From: Eledone cirrhosa
Taxonomy: Eukaryota
Reading direction: 5' to 3'
Length of the DNA stretch: 64,000 nt
Assembly (NCBI GenBank): GCA_964016885.1
Contig: OZ024754.1
Span: forward strand, 10,788,001 to 10,852,000
Positions 50,771 to 63,100 of this stretch are shown here, piece after piece; position 1 is the stretch's first letter, and each line of letters starts with the position of its first letter. The notes beneath the pieces were generated by a model, which was not told where the DNA came from, made no database searches, and saw only the letters and a program-made list of their open reading frames with translations. The translations under genes and the position numbers were made by a program.

Positions 50771-52025
50771 TGCCTATAATTGATCTAATGATCTTAGTAA
50801 CAAGCATCAAGAACAGGGAACATCATTCTTCAGTAAGTGCTTAAGATCTTACTATGGCATTAGGAAGGGCATCCAGTTGTAGAAACCAAGCCAAAATCAG
50901 TTCTGTATAAGCAAAACATGGTCACCTGACCTAGCATTGCTCATAACAGGATAACTCGTCTAACCCATGATACCATGGAAGAATGGACCTAAAATGGTGA
51001 TGATGATGATGATGATGATCTCACTCAGTACATTAAGTAATCCACTGGTTAAGGAAGACGATGAAATAAAACCAATGTCTCCCAGAAGGGCAGATATTAC
51101 ATGACTGGTTAGGTTAAGTCCATACATATAAAATGTATATTAAGTTACTCAACAACAAAAACTCAATGAACATTAAATTTATATAATTTATATATCTAGT
51201 TGAGAGACAACCAGTATTATGTACATACATATAGAAGGATAAATAATGATTTCTAGTATAGGCACAAGGCCAGTAAATTGGAGGGAGGGGAAAGTCGATT
51301 AAATCGACCCCAGTATGTGACTGGTGCTTTATTTTATCGACCCCAGTACGTTATAGGTGCTTTATTTTATTGACCCCATAAGGATGAAAGGCAAAGTTAA
51401 CCTTGGCAGGATTTGAACTCATACCATAAAAGACCGTAACTCTATGCTACAAAGGATGGTGTCCGGCTCTCTACCGATACTGCCAATCCACTGCCCTTAT
51501 AAGGACAAATAATGAAAGTACTCACTTGAAGAAAGAATCAAGCCAAAAATTGTCCAATTTTTCCTATAAGTGCTTAAGGCCTCACTATATATATCTCACT
51601 CTGTACATTAACTAGTTACCTGCCTAAGTTAAACGACTGAATAAAACCATGTGGCTTTAACCCTTTAGCATTTATATTAATCTATATTTACTATTGTATT
51701 TTCACAGTAAACACGTTATTTCGCATAATTATCTCACATTATATTGAAGTATTCCACATAATTATTCCACATAATTATCTCACACAATATTGAATCTATG
51801 AGATTTTGATATTATTTTGTGAACAATATCTTAACAGAAGTATGAACAGCCAGTTATGGCCGGTTTGAACAGAAAGGGCTGAAAGAATTCTGGCCGGATA
51901 TGGCCGGTTTAAATGCTAAAGGGTTAAACTAACATCTCTCAGAAGGATTCATTAGAAGAACATACTACAGGACTGGTCATAATAAGTGCTAAAAATAGAA
52001 GTCACAAAAAGCAGTCCCTCAATGG

Positions 52026-52544
52026 CAGGGGTCAGCAACCTAGGGTCCGTGAAGGGATTTTGACCACCCCACAAGAACTAATTTCCAATGAGTTGTTTAT
52101 CTAAAATTTAAATTTATTGTAATATGAGAGATGAAACTTTCAAATACAATAAAAGGCCTGCTGTTACAACTTTGGCATTTATTGTGAATATTGTAACTCA
52201 TTTAAATAGCTTAAATTTACAACTTCAAGGGAAAACCCAGCTCGTAAATGAAATATATAACCATAATGTTGCCTTTGAAAAAAAGCTACAATTGTGGGAA
52301 CATCAACTTCAAAATAAAAATTATGCACATTTTCCATCTTTTCAAGGAAGGAAACCACAGGATTCAGAGGTATTTGTGAATATAATCCAGGATTTGAGAA
52401 ATGAATAGTATATAGTCAACACTCGTAATTAAATTTTAGCTTGTGTAATTTTCCATAATTATTCTTTTATGGCTTTCGTCCGGCCCGCTATCCATCATTA
52501 ATACTCAATCCGGCCCGTGGAGGCAAAGAAGTTGCCAACCCCTG
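52026..52544 (+). mobile_element. Non-autonomous hAT (Charlie/SPIN-like) deletion derivative
   Basis: TIR CAGGGGTCAGCAAC/GTTGCCAACCCCTG, 8-bp TSD CTC(A/T)ATGG, internal LAF...HLNSLNLQLQGK transposase piece. Confidence 0.87.
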
Positions 52545-52706
52545 CTCTATGGCAACTCTATAAATTAAAAATTTGGAGCTTAATGTTCATTGAGCTTTCT
52601 TTGTTGAGTAACTCAATCAATATACATATAGATTTAACCTAATTATAGTATAACTACTCCAAATTTTAAATTTGTACAGTTGTATAAAATATAATAAGAA
52701 AATTCA

Positions 52707-52850
52707 CAGGGTATAAAAAAATTTGTTGTAATGAAAAATTCTTTATAACGAGATCGACCTAACACATTAAGCGTGTAGCTGGGATTGAAAAAATGTTGTT
52801 ATACTGAAAAATTTGTTACAGTGGTATTCGTTATAACAGAATTTTACCTG
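52707..52850. mobile_element. pogo/Tigger-like MITE, degenerate
   Basis: CAGG...TTATAACGA internal motifs and TTCGTTATAACAGAATTTTACCTG-TA end. Confidence 0.5.
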
Positions 52851-54515
52851 TATAGATATAACTTACACACACACTGGCAGAAGAAGCAATGTAAAATAAA
52901 GCGTCTTTCTTAAGGACACAACACATCATCCAACCTGGGAATCAAACTCACAACCACACAGTTGTGAATCCAATTCCCTAACCACTATGCCCCACACCTT
53001 CACAAAAGTTGAATACTAAAGTTTAATAATCACACCAGTTTTCATTCTTAGGATATCATTGTATCACTCATGTTTTATTATACACATTTTATAAATTTTA
53101 ATTAATGCCTTCCAAAGAGGGTCAGACACCATGCTTTGCAGCACAGAGTGATGGCCCTTTACGTTCTGAGTTCAAATCCCGCTGAGGTTAACTTTGCCTA
53201 TCATCCTCCTAATGGGGTCGATAAAATAAAGTACCAGTAATGCGCTGGGATAATTGCTGGCCTTGTGCCAAAAGTAGATATATTATTTTTTTCATACCAG
53301 TAATTATGGCTGGTTGATCTTATGACAAATTACATGAACATTTAAATTTAATGATATAGATGTTAGTATATGTTTTCACTGCTTCTTAACACTAACAGTG
53401 TAGTTACACAACTGAGGGAGATATTCAGGAACCAGCATGTGACAGTCGGCTGACTTTCATCAAATCTGACCGAGGAAACAATGTCTCCGTTGGTCTTTCC
53501 AATAGCTAATAATATCTATCGGTCATAAATCCAGGTAGAAGGAGCAACATGAAATAAAGTGTCTTGCCCAAGGACATAATGCATTGCCAGCTCCAGGAAT
53601 CAAACTCATAACAACCTCACGATTGTGAATCCAATTCTCTAACCACTCAGCTACGTGCCTTCACCAGGCAGTCTTGACTGATTCACTCTTTTTAAAACTG
53701 AAGGGCTGAGATTTTAGCCCTTCAATAATACCTCTGGTCATCATCCTTGTGTGGAACTAGTGGAAGAGACCTATACATTTGAACAGACAATGAAACTTTC
53801 TGAGAACGTCCCACAGAAGTTCTTGGCTAACAGTGTCAAAAGCTATTGATAGATCTACAAATGTACAAGGGTCAACTGGAAATTCCATAAGCTGACTATG
53901 AAGGAGTGATGCTAGAGCTATGATATCTTGCATACATTCATTTCAACTCTTCATATTAATAACTACATTGTTTCTTTCCTGAGACTATGTTAAAAAATAA
54001 ACCTTATTTGGTCATTCCATGAGAGTATCTTGGTCAGCCAACCCTCATATATGAGTTATGTCTTTGAAGGCTCTGTTAAATCCCATTTTTGCATAATCGT
54101 TTAACTTATCAGTTTTTTCCTGCGGATAATCTGTCTTTAAGCAGATAGCTACCAGATGATCAGAATAAACAATATCTTTTAACTGAAAGGAAAGCATTTG
54201 TTAGATGCCTTTCAATGTACACAATAATTTTCATGCGGTAGATTGGCAGTATCGGTAGAGAGTCGGACGCCATGCTTTCCAGCATAGTTATGTCCCTTTA
54301 CAGACTGAGTTCAAATCCCGCCGAGGTTAACTTTGCCTTTCATCCTTATGAGGTCGATAAAATAAAGTACCAGTAATGTACTGGATAATTGCTGGCCTTG
54401 TGCCAAATGTAGAAACAATTATTATTATTATTATTTAATTATCTGATGTGGTCTGATATAGGATCAAGTTGATAAAAACAAGAAAGAAAATGGAAGAGAA
54501 GGAACAGTTATATAT

Positions 54516-55283
54516 TTGATTTGGGTACACAAGAGATGTAGTGGGATAGCAGGCAAATTAACAGGTAGGGAGAAATACGTATGCAGTAGATGTACAGGGA
54601 AATTTGACAGTAGAATTCGCATTGATAGGCACATTTTTCAAATGCAGGTGGGTGCTATAGAAGTGGTTGATAGCTTCCGGTACCTAGTTGATCAGATTAG
54701 CATAGGAGTTCCGAGACCATAGTATCTAGAATAAGGATGGGTTGGAAGAAGTTTAGGGAGCTGCTATCTCTACTGACGAAGAAGGATTTTTCCCTGTGTA
54801 CGAAAGGCCGGTTATATAATGCCTGTGTGAGATGTGCGATGCTGCATGGTAGTGAGACATGGGCAGCAACTGCAGAGGATATGCGACGGCTGGAGAGAAA
54901 TGAGACAAGCATGCTCCGTTGGATGTGCAATGTCAATGTGCGTGAACGACCGAGCATGAATGTGTTGAGAGAGAAACTGTGTCTGAGAGGGATAAATTGT
55001 TGTGTACGGGAGAGGAGACTGTGATGGTATGGACATGTGATGCGCATGGAGGATGACCGATGGGTGAAGAAGTGCCAAGAAATGCCAGTTGAAGGAAGAC
55101 GAAGTAGAGGAAGACCACGAAAAACATGGGCGGAGGTGGTGAGAACAGACCTCAGATCGCTGAAGTTCACGGTGGAGATGACGAAGGACCGTGACAAGTG
55201 AAGAGATGCTGTGCTGAATAGGACCCGTCCTACCCTTGCAAGCAGGGAAAAGCAGACATAAAATGATGATGATGATGCTGATG
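54516..55283 (+). mobile_element. RTE LINE 3' fragment with (GAT)n tail
   Basis: WVHKRCSG, GWKKFREL, MLHGSETWA, GRPRKTW. Confidence 0.9.
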
Positions 55284-56700
55284 ATAAAAACCATTTAAAC
55301 AGAATTATGTCAATGACCTCACTAATTTCAAAATGCTTATAGAACTGACCTACTTATTTGGGTGATAAAAAAATATCAAATGTTGGCTTGAATCTAAGTA
55401 CATTTGTATTTGCTGGTATCACAGAAACATCCAGCCCACACTGTAATGTGGTTATGTAGATGTTACAACAAAAATCACCCAGTCCACACTGTAATGCATT
55501 TATATTTGTGTCATGATAAAAAGCACCCAGTCCATACTGTAAAGTGGTCATGTAGGTATCATGACAAAAAGCACCCACCACACACTGTAAAGTGGTCATG
55601 TAGGTGTCATGACAAAAAGCACCCAGTCCATACTGTAAAGTGGTCATGTAGGTATCATGACAAAAAGCACCCACCACACACTGTAAAGTGGTCATGTAGG
55701 TGTCATGACAAAAAGCACCCAGTCCATACTGTAAAGTGGTCATGTAGGTATCATGACAAAAAGCACCCACCACACACTGTAAAGTGGTCATGTAGGTGTC
55801 ATGACAAAAAGCACCCAGTCCATACTGTAAAGTGGTCATGTAGGTATCATGACAAAAAGCACCCACCACACACTGTAAAGTGGTCATGTAGGTGTTATGA
55901 CAAAAAGCACCCAGTCCATACTGTAAAGTGGTCATGAAGGTGTCATGACAAAAAGCACCCAGCCCACACTGTAAAGTGGATGTGTAGCCACAGGACAAAA
56001 AGCACCCAGCACTCACTGTAAATATGTGGTTGGTGTTAGGAAGGGCATCCAGCTGTAGAAATCTAGCCAGAAAGAATCCTATATGAGCGAGACATGGTCA
56101 CCTGAGCCAATTTGCCTCAAGTGGGACAAACCTGTCTAACCCATTCTAGTGTGGAAAATGAACATTAAATGATGATGATTAGTATATTGCTGAATCAGTT
56201 AACTCAAGATACATGTCTAAAATCTAAAGTCTGTCTCGAGCCTGGAAGCTCCATCAGGCCAGTATTTATCCCGGTTTTTGTAGTTTGAAGCAACTGAGAG
56301 TACAAGACACCTCCCTAGACCAGATGTCGTTCCATTGAAGGGTTATACCCCCCCCCCCCCCCCCAGATATTGCTGGTACTCATTTTCAGCTGAGTATACT
56401 GTAGCAATGTGAAATGAAGTGTTTTGGTCAAAAAACATAACACACAACCCAGCCCAGGAATCAAACCCACAACATTACGATCATAAGTCCAACACCCTAA
56501 AAATTAGCAGAGATATTTGTAGTTTTCCTTTTTGGTGAATAGTCACTGCTGACTTAAATGGAGCCCTAAAAAACACATCCAGATAACAACTACAATTGCT
56601 CCAAGATGGGTACAATTTGCAGGATATTGCAGAAGAAGTAAGCAGCAAGTTATACACAAGCTACTATTGTGGGAACCAACTCACGGGAGATGCAGTAGAG

Positions 56701-57186
56701 CAGGGGTCGGCAACCTATGGTCCATGGAGGGATTTTGACCACCCCGCAAGAACTAATTCCCAATGAGTTGTTTATCTAAAATTTAAATTTATTGTAATAT
56801 GAGAGATGAAACTTTCGAATACAATAAAAGGCTTGCTGTTACAACTTTGGCATTTATTGTGAATATTGTGACTCAGTTAAATAGCTTAAATTTACAACTT
56901 CAAGGTAAAACCCAGCTGAAATATATAACCATAATGTTGCCTTTGAAAAAAAGCTACAATTGTGGGAACATCAACTACAAAATAAAAATTATGCGCAATT
57001 TCCATCTTTTCAAGGAAGGAAACCACAGGATTCAGAGGTATTTGTGAATATAACCCAGGATTTGAGAAATGAATAGTATATAGTCAACACTCGTAATTAA
57101 ATTATTCTTTTATGGCTTTCGTCCGGCCCGCTATCCATCATTAATACTCAATCCGGCCCGTGGAGGCAAAGAATTGCCGGCCCCTG
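56701..57186 (+). mobile_element. Second copy of the non-autonomous hAT element
   Basis: Perfect 8-bp TSD CAGTAGAG, CAGGGG/CCCCTG termini, near-identical to 52026-52544. Confidence 0.9.
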
Positions 57187-57997
57187 CAGTAGAGAAAGAC
57201 CTGCTTGAACCATCATCAATCAACTCTCAGATGATACAAAACTCAGTAGGCAGCAGTTACCAGAAGCACTGGAAAATTGTGAATAGTGGAGGGACTTTGT
57301 CAGGAATGTTTGACTGTGGTCACAATGATGAAGATTTGTAACTAGACCCAAACACCTGACCTTACATGTTACCATTTCCCTTATATAAATCTCTGAAAAT
57401 AAGTACTCAAACCAATTTTCAATCACTTTTAAAATAGCTTTTTTAGTGGTATTAAACACAGAAATGAAGTGAATTGGTTTCAATATGAAATCTAAAGTGG
57501 GACTTTGTTTGCCTGGCTCCTTTTTGTTCATGTGTATCATTCTGTTTTTATGAATAAATTAAGAAAGAGTTGTTCTAGAATTACACTTACAATAGAGGAG
57601 ATGATGCCAACACAGATAACAATTATTGCTACCATAGAATATAGATTTACATAACTACATTGTTTCGTTAGCTAGATAGGGGGTCAAGTTTAATGTTTAT
57701 GATAATGATGACGAAGGTGAGGATAATGATTATCACTATCATTATTATCATTATTATCATTATTATTATTATTATTATTATTATTGAATGCCATGGTTGA
57801 CGGAGGCTCGGCTCTGTAAGGTATAGTAATTTTTAACCGTTAAAACAATTGTAAATTGTTTAAAACTTGAACCAAATTGTTGATAAAGACACCCTCCTCC
57901 TCGTGAGAGGGGTCTTTCTGTCCGTTATTTGGCCCTTCGGGGTTAAATAGCCAGTTATTGGGGTTTTGTACCCAAAATTTCATTTTAAACAAAAAAC

Positions 57998-60097
57998 ATG
58001 GCTACCAAAAAAAAAAAATTTCATACGTCACTCCCACTCATTCCGTCTTCTTCTTCCTCAATCATCACTACAGGAGAGAGAAGATTGTCTCTCTCCCTCC
58101 CTTCTTTAAATGTGTCTCTCTCCCTACCTTCTCTTTCGCAAGCGACGAAAGAAAAGAAAAGTCTCGTGCAAAGCGTGCAAGGTTTCTCCACGACGACGAC
58201 GACAGCGACGAAACAGGTGTGCGGGAAATACGAAAACCCAGTTCATTCGTCTGACGTCAGGAATAATAGCAGTAGCAGCCGTAATAACAACAGCAACAGT
58301 GACAATGAAAACAACAGTAGCAGCCGCAACAGCATCACCAGCAGCATAAACAACAACAGCATTAGCAGCAGCAACACCAACAACAACCACAGCAACAGCG
58401 GCGGAGGCAGTAGTCGTAGTACCTGCAGCAACAACAAAAGTACCAGCAGCTCTGACGACAACAACAACAGCAGAGAAAAACCAATCTCATTTGCAGGTAT
58501 TGCGAAAAACCTGGAAACAATCCTCATAACAAATGAGGAATTAGAGGAAGCGAAGAAGATGGTGACAAAGAACGGACACCGAGCAATCTGCAAGGCAGCG
58601 AAAAATTTTTTCGAAACCCAAGAGCACTGTACGGTCACGTACCGTACAGTAAGTACAAAATCCCGTAGGGTGGAAAGAGCCACAGAGGCCCAAATACAAA
58701 AAGCCTTGGGGTCTGTGTGGCAGAGGAAAACGCACATCACCCGAGGCAAAAAATACGCCACCGTAGACGTACTTTTTGCCACACCCCAGGAGGCAAAGGC
58801 CCAATCAGTAGTGACCCTAAGGAGCGAGGAAATGGTGTTGGTGCCCTCCTACTGCGGGCAAAAAATTGTGAGGGTCAAACTGACCCACGTCCCCCCCGGA
58901 ATGACCCCTTCTTGGCTGGCCGCGTCTGTCCTCGTCGGAATCGAGGACAAAACAACTGTACTGCAAGTACAGAAAAAAGTAAGAGAAGATTGGGTCGGCT
59001 CCTCCATTGAGATGCTAATCCAAACCAACCAGGAGTGCATCGAAGCTATCCCGGATGTGATAGACTTCGATAACGGCACTCAACTGCCCATAAGTGTTGA
59101 GGGCAAACGCCCGAAATGCTTTCGCTGTGGATCGAAGACTCACCTCAGGGCCTTCTGCAACGAGAAGACCCTGAGAAAGGAGAAAACCCCCCTCCTCCCG
59201 AATCCGGTTCCACGGCTACCAGCAACAGGACAAGCGGCAACCAGGAACGATAGGTCCGTGGCACCCATACCCACTCCACGGAAATCAAAGACAGCAGCAG
59301 CAGTGGAAATATTAACAACAACAACAGCAATACCAAATGCAGCTGCAACAGAGACTCCAGTGCAAACATCACCAACAACAACAAGTGAAAGAGTGGAGCT
59401 GGTACCCCTCCCCGACCTTACAGAATCAGACATGGAGTGTGAGGTGGGAGAGGGATGGCAAAAGGTCTCAAGAAGGCACAAACGCAGAAGCAGCGCATCG
59501 TCGCCTTTGAAAAGGGAGGAAAGAAATGAGAAAAGGGTAAAGTCTACTGCAAAGAGACCCACAGCAGCAACACCACCAACACCATCACCACCCACACCAG
59601 CACCACCATCACCACCGGCGACAACCCCACCGCCAACAACACCTTCAACACCACCACCACAAGCACCAACATCGCAAACACAACAACAAAACACACACAC
59701 CCAGCAACAACGACAAGAAAATAGCAGAACCACACCCCACCCCCAGAAAAACAAATGCACGGCAATAAACACACACAACAAGAAACTAATGACTTACATA
59801 ATTGAACACACAGACATTTCACAACAGGACTACATAATACCAGCACCAATCAAAACGCCAACTAACATAAGACTGCTAAAAATAGCACAGAAACAATACA
59901 CAAACATTAAAACGAAATTCCCCAACGCAGTTGGTGATTTCAGGGACCTAGGAGGAACCATTAATCGAAGAGTATATTCAGACATTCTCTTAGAAGAGCC
60001 GACGACCAGCCGAAGGGACGATTCAACGGTCCCTTCACCAGACGATCAAGTGAAAAGGGATGTAAAAACCATCCCTCCTCTACCAAAAATACGGTAA
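57998..60097 (+). CDS. LINE ORF1 nucleic-acid-binding (gag-like) protein, 699 aa
   Basis: Uninterrupted ORF with a CCHC zinc knuckle (CFRCGSKTHLRAFC), Ser/Asn- and Pro/Thr-rich low-complexity regions and a basic WQKVSRRHKRR motif. Confidence 0.88.
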   Translation: MATKKKKFHTSLPLIPSSSSSIITTGERRLSLSLPSLNVSLSLPSLSQATKEKKSLVQSVQGFSTTTTTATKQVCGKYENPVHSSDVRNNSSSSRNNNSNSDNENNSSSRNSITSSINNNSISSSNTNNNHSNSGGGSSRSTCSNNKSTSSSDDNNNSREKPISFAGIAKNLETILITNEELEEAKKMVTKNGHRAICKAAKNFFETQEHCTVTYRTVSTKSRRVERATEAQIQKALGSVWQRKTHITRGKKYATVDVLFATPQEAKAQSVVTLRSEEMVLVPSYCGQKIVRVKLTHVPPGMTPSWLAASVLVGIEDKTTVLQVQKKVREDWVGSSIEMLIQTNQECIEAIPDVIDFDNGTQLPISVEGKRPKCFRCGSKTHLRAFCNEKTLRKEKTPLLPNPVPRLPATGQAATRNDRSVAPIPTPRKSKTAAAVEILTTTTAIPNAAATETPVQTSPTTTSERVELVPLPDLTESDMECEVGEGWQKVSRRHKRRSSASSPLKREERNEKRVKSTAKRPTAATPPTPSPPTPAPPSPPATTPPPTTPSTPPPQAPTSQTQQQNTHTQQQRQENSRTTPHPQKNKCTAINTHNKKLMTYIIEHTDISQQDYIIPAPIKTPTNIRLLKIAQKQYTNIKTKFPNAVGDFRDLGGTINRRVYSDILLEEPTTSRRDDSTVPSPDDQVKRDVKTIPPLPKIR

Positions 60098-60132
60098 GTG
60101 GTCTTTCCCATCTTTTCCACTCTATTTTAAAC

Positions 60133-63100
60133 ATGACCTCACTCAGAATAGGCAGCATAAATGCGCGTGGCTTGGGGTCGTCATGGAAGCAGGGTCACCT
60201 GCTCAACGACCTCAGGTCACTAAACATAGATGTAGTGGCCATCAGCGAGACCAGAATCTCCGAAGCACGGGCCTTCGCACCGATCTTCGGCGGCTACGAT
60301 GTGTACGCATCTCCCAGCCGTCCTGGATCGGGTGGAGGAGTTGCTGTGCTTTTTCGGAGAGGTTTGGATCTCGCCATACGGGCCATCTTCCTGGACCCAG
60401 AGGGTAAGCTGGTGGTGCTGGACGTGACCAGCGGAGACGGGCAAGCTTTCAGGCTAGTGGCCGTCTATGCCCCGACAGGAGCAGGGCGGCCTGATTTCTT
60501 CCGGCGTCTGGAGACCTTTCTTGGAACGTCGCGCTCTTTAGTGTTAGTGGGCGACTGGAACGGGATCTTAGATGCACGCTGGGACTGTGTGGGATTAGCG
60601 GATAGGGGTGGAGGGTGCAAGAGCCTCACCAACCTGCTCAGGCGTTTTGAACTGTCTGACAGGTACCGATTGGATTTCCCGAATGTGCCAATGTGGACTT
60701 GGACAAACCGCATAGGGTCATCCAGATCATATCTAGATAGAGTATTTTGTAGGGAAATAGATAGGTCTAGCATAGGCTGTCCACAATTCAAGATAGTCAG
60801 CTACACGGACCACAAATTCGTGATCTGTGTGCTTGACTTAGATAGGCTTCATAGACGAGGACCCGGCTACTGGAAGCTAAACGCGTCCTTACCAGCGCGC
60901 AAGGCCTACAGAGACCGGATTAGCGAACTAGTTAAGCGGGCGTTGACGGGGGCCATCGTCAACAACAAGTGGTGGTTTGCTCTGAAAAGAGCGATTAGAA
61001 TAGAATCGATTAGGTTTAGTAAGGCTTTAACAATAGAGAAAAATAGAGCAGAGGGAGAACTAGTTAGAAAATTAGACGAGGCGCTTAGCAAAGGCATTGC
61101 GACCGACGTGCTTGCGGCGAAATTGGCCCTTGACCAATTCTTCAATGCAAAGCACGAAGGCTGCGTTGTCAGAGCTAGGGTGCGTGCTCTCAGACACGAG
61201 GGGACGAAAGCCGTTCAATGGGCCCGAGTGGCGGAGGCGCGTCGTGGCAACAAAGCCACGATCCGGTCTTTGGTGGACCACGACGGGCGCATGCTACTCG
61301 ATCCCGGGCAAATGTGTGAAGCTTTTCAGCGACACTTCGCTCAGCTGTTCGGGGGCAGCGGGGGGCCGGGTAGAGGGATGGACTTTAGTGTCTACCTCGA
61401 CGGACTGCCGCGGCTCTCGGCCACTGAGGCGAAGTGTTGCGAAAAGCCGATAACAGCCGCTGAAGTACGGGAGGCAATGACTGGCTGCACAAGGGGTAAA
61501 TCGCCTGGTTTGGATGGTCTGCCCTATGAACTTTACGTACAGATGCCAGACTTGTTCGGAGGCCTCTTGGCGGACGTCTACTGCAACTGGCAACAGAACG
61601 GGAGAATTCCCAGTTCTGTGAGCCGAGGAGCGGTGGCACTGCTGAGAAAGGATCCGAACAAGGGGGATAACATAGACAATTTCCGGCCCATAACTCTGCT
61701 AAACACAGAGTTTAAGATTTTGGCCAAGGTGCTAGCAAAGAGGTTGGCGCTTGTCGTTGGTGGTCTGGTGGGAGAGGCGCAGACATGCGCCATTCCCGAC
61801 AGATCCATCCACGACAACCTCCACCTCATGCGATACATCGTAGAGAGGGTAGCTAGGGAACCTGGCACGGGTGGGTCCTTGATCAATTTAGATCAGTCGA
61901 AAGCTTTCGATAGGGTCGACCATCGTTACCTAGCGGCAGTCCTGAGGGCGGCTGGCTTTGGGCCCGTCTTCAGAGGCTGGATCGCTGCCATGCACAGCGA
62001 CATCTGCTCTGTGGTGAGAGTGAACGGTCACCTGTCGGAACCGTTCAACATCATGCGCTCGGTCCGCCAAGGATGTCCCCTCTCGTCCCTCTTGTACGTA
62101 TTGACTCTCGAGCCATTACTGCACAAACTGGAGACGTTGAGGGGAGTCCCGCGCGAACTAGGATGCGGAAGATCCGTGTCAGCATATGCGGACGATGTCA
62201 CCGTAGTGGTGTCGAACGCCAAACACATCGAGGCGATCGGCACTACACTAAGAGAATACGAAGCGGTGACAGGAGCAATGATCAACCAGGAAAAGTCAGT
62301 GGGCCTGCAGCTCGGCACCTGGAGAGGCAGGTCCATGCCGTCCAACAGCGTCGTCGGGCGCTGGATGGACGGACCGGTTAAATTGCTAGGGGTCTGGTTC
62401 GGTCCGGACCTCCAGACGGACAAAAACTGGGACGAGGTGACGAGCAGGGTGGCTTCTCTCACCCAGAAATGGGCGGAGAGGAAGCTATCCCTGAAAGGTC
62501 GAGCGGAGGTGGCTAACGCGTACATCGCGTCTGTCATCTGCTACCGCCTAACCGTCGTACCTTGTCCTAAGCCTCGCCTGACTGCGCTGGAGCGTTTGCT
62601 CTTTCGCTTTTTGTGGAAGGGACGTGCTCCGATGGTCAGGCGGTCCATCTGTTGTCAACACCCGCTACGTGGAGGGCTGGGCATGCCGTGGCTGATGATG
62701 CGCAGGCACGCGCTCAGGCTACGACATCTCCACCTCTTCCTCGACGGTGATCAGGTGTGGTCGCCGTTTGCTAGACGCGTTTTTCCCCAGCTCGTTTCCT
62801 TGACGGAGCTGCAGTCCTGGGTCAAGCGAAGACCGAGAGGGAGCGCCTGGAGACTGGAATGTTTTCAGGCGCTCACAGCCCTCGACCAATCGGGCAATGT
62901 GATCGGTGGAAACTCCACCTCGGCGTTCTATAGAGGATTAGTGGAGGGGAAGAGCGACGACGTACTTGGGGAAACTCTAGGCGTCGACGAAAATCAACTA
63001 GCCAATCTCTTCGGAAGAACTTTCGGGCCAGGGCCTATGGACAACTTCCAGAAATCTCTGGCCTGGCAGTGCTACCGAGGAGCCTTGCCAGTTCGGGATA

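Noticed and set aside
55430-56020. Regular 36-bp repeats resembling a CRISPR array
   Set aside because: Units are contiguous with no unique spacers, lie within a SINE, and the DNA is eukaryotic with no cas genes.
57880-57925. TCCTCGT loop suggesting an HDV-like ribozyme at the LINE 5' end
   Set aside because: P1/P2/P3 of the double pseudoknot could not be assembled; it reads as a simple hairpin.
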